Source of the DNA: Psammoneis japonica
Lineage: Eukaryota
Length of the DNA stretch: 64,000 nucleotides
Direction: 5' to 3'
Assembly: GCA_008632985.1 (NCBI GenBank)
Contig: QPGO01000038.1
Span: 149,939-213,938 of the forward strand
Under the pieces are notes generated by a model. The model made no database searches and was not told the origin of the DNA. It was given only the letters and a program-made list of their open reading frames with translations. A program made the position numbers and the translations under genes. Below, piece after piece: positions 11,275 through 21,700 of this stretch (its first letter is position 1; every line of letters begins with the position of its first letter).

Positions 11275-13830
11275 AAGTGCCAGGCAGAGAATCAGATGGT
11301 CCTTGATGAGGTGGCAACAAACCTTGTGGTCCTTGAAATTCAGAGGCTTGCATGGCCACTTCGCACTTCAAGAATTGACAAAAACGTGCATGGAAGCCCT
11401 CGATGTGTGGGTTGTCATTCAAGACAGGACACTCATGGAACAAGTGTTCTTCAGAACAAACAAGGCATGGTTTCTTGGAGGCCTCTGTGGGGGTGACCTT
11501 GAGTTTGTGTGCCGAAGTGGAGCAAACATGATGAAGAAGATGATCTTCATCTGCAGAAGGTACATCAAGGTCATTCAATTCAGCACAGAGGGAGTCAAAG
11601 GTGTCCTCGGGGGAGTGATCAACATCGGCAGCGTCTGGCAGCTCGTCCGCATCCTCTGCAATGGGAGGGACATCCGGGACAGTCAAGGAATTGACATCGG
11701 CAGTTGTGTGATGTGTGCCCCCTGGGTGTTGATCCCATGCACGGCATGGATTGCAAGGAGTTGTGCGAGTTGCAAGAGATGGACCATCCGACTGATGAAG
11801 GAAGTCAGAAAGGGTCTCAACAATCTGTGCATCCACGCACTTCTTGAGCACAGCAGGGGACTTCCTTTCATCTCCAGCAGTGCAGGACAAGAACTTGGAG
11901 CACCCAGTGTTCTTGACAAAAACAGTCATCTCTCGAGAGTCATCCAACGTAGAGTCCGCATTGAAGACATGAGCACGCAGCTGCAGAAAATCCTTGAAAC
12001 GCAAGTGACAGTCCGTCAAGGATAGATTGCCTTGAACAGGGCAGGAATCTGCCAACCCAGCAGCCTTGTGATCAAAAGCTGGGTGGTTCTCGTGGACAAT
12101 TTGCTTGAGAGCATTGCAGCCATTGCCACAGCATGAGGCAACAATCCGATGACACTTGCCGTTCTTGGGGAACATGTCCAACTTGGAAAGGATCTTGTGA
12201 AGGGAACTCTGTGCTTCTTTGCAATGAACACACATTCATTGGGGTGAGTCATTGTCTTTGCCGTTGCCAATCTCAAAACCCTTCTCACCACCGTGGTCCT
12301 TGGCGAAGCACCACAAAGGATGCATGTGGTGTCCCGAGTCAAAGGAGTGATGTTGAAAATTTTGGTGCCATGCACACATCCCAGCAGGAGAATTGTCATG
12401 GCAGATCGGAGGTTCTCTGAACAGCATCTTCTGGTCAGGGGGCGAGCTCATGACAAACAGGGTGCCATCATTGAGAATGATGCGGTCAGATGCATCAACA
12501 CAGTGGCAGAATCCATGGTCATGAGGGACTGGAGAGCTCTTCAGGGTGACGGCACCACTGTCTTTGCAGTCGCAGCATGTGCGAACATCAGGAGGCAGGG
12601 TGTTGGGGCTGAAGAGACATTTGGATGCTGTGGAAGTTGCAGGAGTTCCAGAGGTCTTGCCACAGAGGCAGCAGAAGGCGGAGCGTGGCTTGACACAAAC
12701 TTGTTGAGGGGGTGATTGAGGATGGATCTACGTGCTGCGGTCTAATTTAAAACAGCTCGCATTTCCCGCACTTCACCGTGTCATTTTGACCTGCCTCGGA
12801 ACACCCCCGAACACTTGTGCGTTCGTCAAACCCTCACAGGGGCTGTTAGATGGCTGTGGGAGCTGCACATTTGGTGCTTCAAATGCCACTTGTCGACCTG
12901 TGCCCTGTTGTCAGGTCAAAAAAACCGCTGATTTTCGTTAAAATCGGGCTTCTCATGGGAGACCAGCGATGACTTTCCGGGAAATGCCGACAAGTGGCAT
13001 TTGACTGGCTGCGGACATGTCTACAGTCGTCAAGGTAAAAGTCGCGCATGGCCACACCTGTCGTTTGAGCATTCTAGGGTGTCTGGAGAACGGACAATGT
13101 TCGACCGATCGCTGAAATTTTTTTTGCGAATGCGCGCGCATTTGCTGCGATGCATCCGGGTCATTTTTGTAAAAATTGTGAGCTCCCAAAAAACAGACCA
13201 CAGCACGTAGATCCATCCTTGAGTCATTCACACCAATTGTTGCAGGTCCGGAACTGGTCGCAGATGATGGTGCAGGCTGTGGGTTCTGCGGGCAGGGCAT
13301 GAGGGAGAACTCCTTCCAATCCTCACAGCCCCACATCATGTTGGGGTCAATGTCAATGTGGTGTGCAGAGATGACAATGCATTGATTTGATCGTGGCTCC
13401 AGAGATTGGTCTTGATGATCGACAAGAGAGATGCGGGCATCATGCGGATTGCATGAGGCCTGGCAGAGTCAATGATGCGGAGTGCAGCTTCACCCACAAT
13501 CATCTTGATGGGCTGCATGTCCACAGGATGAACCGCGCAAGGTGGGAACGCTGTGTTGACGAGGTGATCTTGAAATGTGTCAACAAAATCTTTCTTCGGT
13601 TGAGCATGTTCTGGATCATCAAAGAACGGGTCCAGACCAAACATTGAATCCGCACACATCTTGTTCAAGGTGGTGTGGAAATGAGGTGTCGTTGCATGTT
13701 CTTGAAATTCACAACAGATCTCTGCAATGGACGTCGGAGCGGCCTTTGTGAGGTCAGGAGACACCATGGTTTCACTTGGTGAGGGCATTTTTGGTCATGT
13801 GCACGCAGAAATCTGGTGTGTTTCTACGAT
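11250..13830 (-). pseudogene. gag: Copia gag remnant, frameshifted and interrupted by a MITE
   Basis: Zinc knuckle CLVCSEEHLFHEC (Cx2Cx3Hx4C) in ORF 11132..12235; lies between the 5' LTR and pol; ends near a GATTTTC (PDFQ) stretch. The 5' limit is approximate. Confidence 0.75.
12720..13218. mobile_element. MITE / non-autonomous TIR element (499 bp) nested in Copia gag
   Basis: 24-bp TIR ggatggatctacgtgctg(c/t)ggtct; 4-bp TSD TTGA (12716-12719, 13219-13222); retains TpA and CpG, unlike its flanks. Confidence 0.9.
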
Positions 13831-13968
13831 CGTGAAAAATGCAGGGAAAGCAAGAAAAAATTTGTTGTTGGAACAGACGATGAGGCTTGCTCGGTTGGCT
13901 CACAAAACAAATGAATTGAGATGGAAAGCTTGGCACAGAGTTCTGTGGCACAGTGCAAGGCCACAACC

Positions 13969-14155
13969 TGACAGAGTGCCGAAGGTCAACAATGACAGAG
14001 GTGTGAAAGACTCCCTGAGCACCAGGACTGTGATGACACGAGTGCCAGCAGATGAGAAAGTGAGAGGCAGATCTCAGAGAGATCTGCTCATCTGTCCAAG
14101 TGGTCCGGTCATCATCCGCGTGCAGTCTGTTCATCGTGCGACAGGCAGACTGACA
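13969..14155 (-). repeat. 5' LTR of the Copia element (187 bp)
   Basis: Aligns with 8337-8522. The adjacent minus-strand GGTTGTGG resembles the GGTTATGG half-tRNA-iMet primer-binding site of copia-type elements, with TA->TG. Confidence 0.95.
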
Positions 14156-17100
14156 GCAAGAACTCCTGCTCCACCCACGCTGGTGCTCTGCCTGCATTTG
14201 CACGACCGGTCACTTTGCTGCACCACTCAGCCGAATCTCAGAACAATGCATTCCTTCTTTTGATTGTCTTGGGTGCCCAATGGATGACAAGGGGCACTTC
14301 AACCTTTCCCAAACATGAGCAACATGCGACAAAGTCAAAAGTGAGCAACGCGTTCAATGTGACAGAAAAAGCAAAATGAAGCTTGCGCTTGCGGGCCGTT
14401 GATGGATGCAGCTGTCCAGACGTCTCTTTTGCCAAAAACTAGAGTGGTCGATGATGCGGTGCCACTCTCTCAGCAGCAGAGCAGCCGCACTTGGAACCAG
14501 AACCCTCTGGACTCTGGAAACAAACCCCAACAGCAAAAAGAGAGAAGAAAATGTGAGTGCAAGTGACCTTTGAAGTTCTGCACAATCACATCATAACTTG
14601 CCATCGTGTGTGCTGCAATTGTCACAAATCATGACACTCACTCATCCCATTGTTCTTCCCATTGTTTGCCGTTGTTGCTTCAGATGCACTTTGCCACACT
14701 GGTGTGTTGCGTTTTATGAGAGGAACGAGAAGAAGTGCGAGAAAATGTGGCTGCAATGCGAGCCCTCTCCTCTGGCATAAATCGTTGCACCTTCTACAGA
14801 GCAATCAAAGTCACAGCAGAATTCAATGATGTCTTTCCACGTGCTGTTAAACAAATGGCCATTGAATGTTTTCTTCTTTGTTTTTGATGCAATTGCTTCA
14901 CTTGCATGATTTGAATTGTTTGTTTTTAAAGTCCTCAATTTGTCAACAACATGTTGCAACATCAAAACAATGACAAAATGTGTGATCATTTTAGGATTCT
15001 CATTCCAATGACAATTGAACATAAAAACGTCATTGCTGCACCATCTTCTTTGCTGCACAACGAGTTAAAACAAAAACAAAGACATGCATGTCCTGCATGA
15101 CATTTTCCACGATCGAAGATGACAACAACATGCAGCCATGACGACAATGCGCGGTCTTACAGCATTGCAGCATCAAACATCTCACCATCATTCTTGATGC
15201 TGTGGTCGCTTGAATCATCACAGATGGACAAACAGAGAGCACCAAACAATGGAGTGGTGACGTTGGCCAATGTGGACAAAGTTCGTTGCAATTTTTCGCC
15301 TCAACACATGCTCTGTGCATGTTGTTAAAAACAAAATCCGTTCACCTCAGTCTGTGCACGGAATGAAGCAGTCGTTCCAGTTTCAAGTTCATGTTCTTCA
15401 CAAAAACGGAGTGCACTTGTCTTGGTGGTCAGAACGGAGTGTGACCATTGCACTCCGATTGCTGACACTTCCATCTTGAATGTGAGGGCATGTTCCTTAG
15501 AAAAGTCCAAAACAGAGCACGAAAAAAGGCCTTGTTTTTTGTGGAACAAACAAACGGAATGAGGAGAAAAAGCACACATTCCGTGTGATTCCATGGGTTC
15601 TTGTTTCCTGTGCATGTGCAGGGCATTTTTGTGAGATGTGTGCATGATTTGCAAGACAGTGCATGCAAGATGTTTGCAAATTTTTTGTGAGATGTGTGCA
15701 TGGTGTGTGTGATCTTTTTGTGACATGTGTGTGAGATGTGTGCAAGGTTCTTGCAAGATTTGGTGTTTGCAAGGTGCACACAAAATGTTTGAAAGATGTG
15801 CGCGAGACATGCGCATGACGTGAGTGAGGAGCTGGCAAGGTGTGTCTGTGTGACGCCAGCAAAATGTGTGCAAGCTGTGCACAAGCACATTGTGTGTGAG
15901 GTGTTTGTGAGATGTGTGCAAGATGTGTTTGTGAAATGTGTGGGAGATGTGTGCAAAATGTTTGGATGATGTGCACGAGATGCGCGTGAGATGTGTGCAA
16001 GGCATTTGCAAAATGTGTGCGACACGTGCACAAAATGTTTGAAAGATGTGCGCGGCACGCACAAAAGACGTGAGCAACACATGTGCAAGGTGTGCACAGC
16101 ATGTGTGCCAGACCTGTGTGGGGCATTTGGGTTGTGTGTGTGAGGCACAGCAGAGATGTGCAGGAGCTGCGCACCTGAAATGTGCATGGCATGCAAGACA
16201 TGTGTGTGCAAAACATTGAAAGATGCACGCAAGGTGTGCCAGATGTGTTCAATGCATGTGTGTGGGGTGTTTGTGAGATGTGCACAGCATGTGCATGATT
16301 TGTTTGCGAGATGTTTGCCAGGTGTGTGTGTGAAATGTGTGCAGAGCATGTGTGGTCAGCGTGCAAGATGTGTGCAACATGCGCGCCAGATGTGTGCAAG
16401 ATGTGTGCAAGATGTGTGTGAAGTGGTGTGTGTGAGGTGTTTGCAAGATGTGCATGAAATGTTTGAAAGGTTCGTGAGAGGCAATTGAAAGATGCGCGCA
16501 CAAAGTGCACGCGATGTGTTTGCACAATGTGCACAAGGTGTGTGCAGGACATTTGTGAGATGTGCACAATGTGTGTGCAAGGTGTTTGACAGATGTTTGT
16601 GAGATGTGCAAAACGTTTGAAATGTGTGTGCACAAGATGTGCATGGGATGTGTGTGAGATGCTGTGTGCAAAGTGTTTGTGAGTTGTTTGCAGCGCATGT
16701 GCAAGATGTGCGCAAATGTTTGAAACATGTGCACAAGATGTGTGTGGGGTGTTTGTAAGATGTGCGTGAGATGTTGGCCAACATTGTGTGAGGTGTGTGT
16801 GTTTGAGATGTGTGCAAAATGTGTGTGCCACATTTGCAAGATGTGTCAAGATGTGCACAAAACATTTGAAAGATGTGCGCAACATGTGTGCAAGGTGTGT
16901 GCAAGATGTTTGAAGCACAGCAGGAGTTTGGTCAACCCAACAAAGATTTTGCTCACTCAGAAGATTTGTCCCCCACTGTCTCCATCTGCAAATGTCATTC
17001 AGCAGAGATCCATCTCATCCTGTCTTGGGTGCACAGGGCAAGTCATGTGAGAAAAGCTTTTGGAAGGATGGCGCGCTCAATCCCGCACATTGAGCATGTT

Positions 17101-18321
17101 TGGAGATCCATTGCGGGCATGTGAAAGAAGCAGAGGACAAAGCAACACATGCCCACAGCTGCAAAGAAAGACCAGAAGATCCAGGAAGAAAGGGCTTCAT
17201 GCACAAGTGCCGCAGCTGTGTGAGAAGCTGCTCCTGTGGGAGCTGGGCATTTTTTGGTGCTGATGGAACAGAGAAGGTCAAGCACCCATCTCTCCTCCCA
17301 ACCTTGGTTCTGCACCCACCCCAGAATGACCTCTGATGCTGAGCAAAGGAGGTCAAGGTGCAAGACATGGGGAAACCCACAGAGTCGGCAGCCCCCCATG
17401 TGCTCAGCTTTGTGCCACTCTTTGGCCCTTGGCTGTTGTCTGAGAATGAAAAAAGGCAAAAGACTCTCATGGTGCAAGCATGTTGTGCCATCAAATTTTG
17501 TTGAGATGCTGATGAGTGCCGGGGTTCACACCAGAGAGTGCATCTGCAAATGTGGGGTTGGACACACGTTGCATGAGAAAGCTCCTGGAAAGCTGAGCAC
17601 AAGCGCAATGACTGCAAAATGTGCCAACAAAGTTTGTGCCACAACTCTTTTGCAGGTGGCTCTTGCTTTGACAAATCACCTCACTCATGCTCCATGCACA
17701 CCAGACACACATTTCACAAACACCTTGCACACATCTGAGGCATTTGAGACATGCAGAAGCTGTGTGGCTGACTTGTGTGGCGTGTTTGCAAGATGTGTGT
17801 GCAAGCAGTTTGCAGGGCACACATGTGCACAATGTTTGAAAGATGCACACGAGGTGCGTGTGAGGTGCGCAAGATGTGTGCATGTGCCAAGAAGCGCGTG
17901 TGCAAAAAGCACGTGTGTGAGGTGTTTGTGAGATGTTTGCCAGATGTGTGTAAAATGTGTGTCATGTGTTTGCAAGACATGTGTGCAAGCTTTGTGCAAA
18001 ATGTTTGGCAGATGGGTGCAAAACATTTGAAATGTTGCGTGCAAGAAGTGCCACAAATGTGTGCAAGGTGTTTGCAAAATGTGTGTGCAAGGTGTGTGCA
18101 AGGCATTTGTGAGATGTGTGCAATGTGTGTGCAAGGTGATTGCAAGATGTGTGCAGTGCACGTGTGAGGTGTTTTTGAGATGTTTGCCAGATGTGCGCAA
18201 AATGTGTGTGATCTGTTTTTGAGGTGTGCACAAGGTGCACACAAGATGTGCTCATGATGTGTGTGAGATGTTTTTGAGATGTGTGTGAAGTGGTGCATGT
18301 GAGGGGTTTGCAAGATGTGCA

Positions 18322-18718
18322 GACGTGTTCCAGCTCTAGGTGGGACCTCGTACTACTGAACTGTGACAAAATTATTTTTTATCATCCGTCGTATGTTTCG
18401 CACGTACATTTCTACGTGTTCTATTATAAAAAATTGTTCCACACTGCCTGTTTTGCGAAGCCAAAGGCTTTCTGTTATCTGCACTTATGTCAATAAAAAT
18501 GCGCTGGGTATATTCTTTAATGTCTAAAGAATATACCCGGGCATACTGTAAAGAATGTACTTAAAGTGTGGAGGAGGAGATACGTTCGCAAAATTTGCCT
18601 CTTTTTCTGTTGGCGATCATTCATACATCCATTGCTTAATAATTTTACTACGGAGCTCGCACGTAGAATTCTACGGGCCCAATGTCACAAAAAGTCCCAC
18701 CTAGGACTGGAACCCGTC
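18322..18718. mobile_element. Young AT-rich MITE (~400 bp) inserted into the macrosatellite
   Basis: Imperfect TIR gacgtgttccagctctaggtgggac / gacgggttccagtcctaggtgggac. Absent from the equivalent site (aagatgtgcacaag) in other units. Flanked by TGCA on both sides; the site is palindromic, so a TSD of 0, 2 or 4 bp fits equally. Rich in TpA and CpG. Confidence 0.92.
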
Positions 18719-21700
18719 TGCACAAGATGCACACAAAAAAGTTTGAAAGATGTGTGCAAGGTGCACAAGAGGTTTTTGCAAAATGTGCGCAAGGTGTGTG
18801 CGTTGGCACTTGTGAGATGTGTGCAATGTGTGTGTGTGAGGTGTTTGTGAGATGTTTGCGAGATGACATGTGAGACACTCAAAAGATGTGTTGATGGTGT
18901 GCGCAGCACATTTGGGAGGTGCAAGATGTGTGAAAAATGTTTGAAAAATGTGTGTGTGCATGTGTGAGATGTGTGCAAGGTGCTTTTGAGACATGTGCAA
19001 GGCATTGGCCAGAGGTGTGCGTGCAATGTTTGAAAGATGTGTGCAGAACATTTGGGAAACATGCGGGAGCTTTCTGCCAGACATGTGCAAAAGTGTTTGT
19101 GAGCTGCGCATCTGGTGCACAAGGCACATGTGTGAAGTGCTTTTTCAAGAGCCCTGTGCAAAAGAGCTGTGACACAAACTCCCGTTGGAGCATTTTGTGG
19201 TCATTGTGCTGAGCTTTCATCTGCTTTCTCATCCAATGCATGCCCAACCACTGATTTGCAGATGCACTCTCCATTGTGAACTTTGATGCTCACTTCCATC
19301 TCAACAACATTTGGTGGCATGGCATGTTTGCACAAAATTCTTTTGGCTGTTTTTCATTCTCAGACAACAGCCAAGGACCAAAGAATGCATGTGAAGCTGA
19401 CAACAACTCCAGCAAGCATGTGGACATTGACTGCAAGCAAGGTTTTCTGTGTCTTGCACCCCAGCTTCCTTTGCTCAGTGTCAGAGGTCACTCTGGGACA
19501 GGTGCAGAGCTGAGATGGAGAGACATGGGTGTTTGACCTCCTCTGTTCTCCAGCTTCAAAAGTGCCCAACTCCCCTGGGAGCAGCTTCTCACACAGCAAT
19601 GGCGCTTGCATGCATCAGCCCTTTTCTTGGATTTTCTGGCATTCCTTTTGCAGCTGAAAGCATGTGTTGCTTTGACTTCCACTTCTGCCATGCCAGCAAG
19701 GGATCCCCCCAAATGTGCTCAATGCACAAGATTGAGCATGCCTTTCCAAATGCTCTTGTTGCACAACTCATTCATCAAACAAAAAGTGCACCACATCACA
19801 GGCTTTACACTTGCACACTCCCTGTGCACCCAAAACAGGATGAGACAATTGTCTGCCAGATCACCTTTGCAGATGAAAATGGCAGGCCCTTTCCATGATC
19901 TGTCCTTCAAAAAATCAGCAAAGCCTTTGTTGGGTTGACCCAAGAACTCCTGATGTGCTTGAAACATGCTCTCATCATCGTCAATTTTCTCCAACACAAA
20001 AGAAGCTGCCAAGAGCATGGCACAGCATTTTGTTTGTCTTTCAACACAGGTCCAGCCAAGGAGGGCATGCTGTGCACCAGTGTGCCATGGTGTGCTGAGC
20101 TGGACAAATTGCAGCACTTCTGGAGCGTGACGGAGGCAGTCTTGGGACCCATGCCAGCAGGGAGTGTGGAGCAATTTTTTGGAATTTTGCACGCAGAAAT
20201 GTGCGCGCAAAACACACGATGGATGACAAAAACAATTGAGTCACAGATCAGCACTGTGAGCTCCCACCTGGGGCTGGAGTGCATCATTTCCATGTGTGAT
20301 CTTCCAAAAAATTGTTCCAGACTCACTGTTTTGCAAAACCCCAGATGTTTTGTTTGCAGCAAAATTGCAAGACCATCAATGCTCCAGGTGTGCAAGGTGT
20401 GTGCAAGATGTGTGCACAGGATGCAAGCAAGATGTGTGTCAAATGCGTGTGAGGTGCTTGGGTGAGATGCACGCAAAATGTTTGAAAGATGCGTGCGGGA
20501 TGTGCGCAAGATGCGCACAGACAAAATGTGCATGACACACAAGACATGCACAAGGTGTTTGTGAGATGTTTGCAAAACGTTTGTGAAGAAGTGTGTGTGA
20601 GGTGTTTTGCCAGGTGTGTGCACTGAGCATGTCAAATGTTTGAAAGACCATGCTGTGTGTGAGATGTGTGTGAAGTGTTTGAAAGATGTGCGTGAGATGT
20701 GCACGGGTGTTTGCAAAATGTGGTGATTGCAAGATCATGTGTGCAAAACATTTGAAAGATGTGTGCAAAGCACTCAAGAGATGTGCATGAGATGTGTGTG
20801 TGAGGTGTTGGCAGATGCTCACAATTGTGCAAGGTGGGTGCAGGGTGTTTGCAAGACATGTGTGAGTGCAAGACGTGTGTGCAAGATGTGTGTGAAGTGC
20901 GCGCACAATGCGCAAGGCATCAGCAAGATGTTTGAGAGATGTGTGCAAAATGTTTGGACAATGTGTGTGTGAGATGTGCACAAGGCATTTGCAAAATTTA
21001 CGTGAGATGTGTGTGTGTGAAATGTGTCCCAAGATGAGTGCAAGGTGTTTGCAAAATGTTTGCAAGGTGTTTGTGAGATGTTTGCAAGCAGGTGTGTGTG
21101 GCACGTGCACAAAACATTTGAGTGATGTGTGCAAAGTGTTTGCAAAATGTGTGTGAGATGTGTGTGGTGTGCAAGAGATGTGTGTGCCATGGGTGTGTGC
21201 CAGACCTGTGCAAGGCATTTGTGTGGCAGGTGCAAAACATGTGGGAGCTGTGCAGGAGCTGTGCTCCAGACATGTGCAGGGCATTTGTGAGATGTGTGCA
21301 TGATTTGCAAGACAGTGCATGCAAGATGTTTGCAAATTTTTTGTGAGATGTGTGCACGGTGTGTGTGATCTTTTTATGATGTGTTTGTGAGATGTGTGAA
21401 AGGTTCTTGCGAGATTTGGTGTTTGCAAGGTGTGCACAAAATGTTTGAAAGATGTGCGCGAGACATTCGCATGACGTGAGTGAGGAGCTGGCAAGGTGTG
21501 TCTGTGTGACACCAGCAAAATGTGTGCAAGCTGTGCACAAGCACATTGTGTGTGAGGTGTTTGTGAGATGTGTGCAAGATGTGTTTGTGAAATGTGTGGG
21601 AGATGTGTGCAAAATGTTTGGATGATGTGCACGAGATGCGCGTGAGATGTGTGCAAGGCATTTGCAAAATGTGCGCGACACGTGCACAAAATGTTTGAAA

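Larger units (their letters stand above)
8337..14155 (-). mobile_element. Ty1/Copia (diatom CoDi-like) LTR retrotransposon, degenerate and internally deleted
   Basis: TG...CA LTR pair; 5-bp TSD gcgag (8332-8336) / gcaag (14156-14160); PPT aggggaggg on the minus strand next to the 3' LTR; PBS-like ggttgtgg after the 5' LTR; gag zinc knuckle, RT and RNase H motifs. Confidence 0.96.
7890..15612. mobile_element. Degenerate TIR DNA transposon (~1.9 kb without its nested Copia) inserted into macrosatellite unit 2
   Basis: 41-bp TIRs: left cacaggaaacaagaatccacggaatcacacggaatgtgtgc; right (revcomp) cacaggaaacaagaacccatggaatcacacggaatgtgtgc. There is a 2-bp CA duplication (7888-7889, 15613-15614) relative to the empty site ctccagacatgtgcagggc in the other units (~2682, ~21264). 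No transposase was recognised. Confidence 0.88.

Noticed and set aside
14161..15570. Transposase gene in the right arm of the outer TIR element
   Set aside because: Only short ORFs with no DDE or other motif I could recognise.
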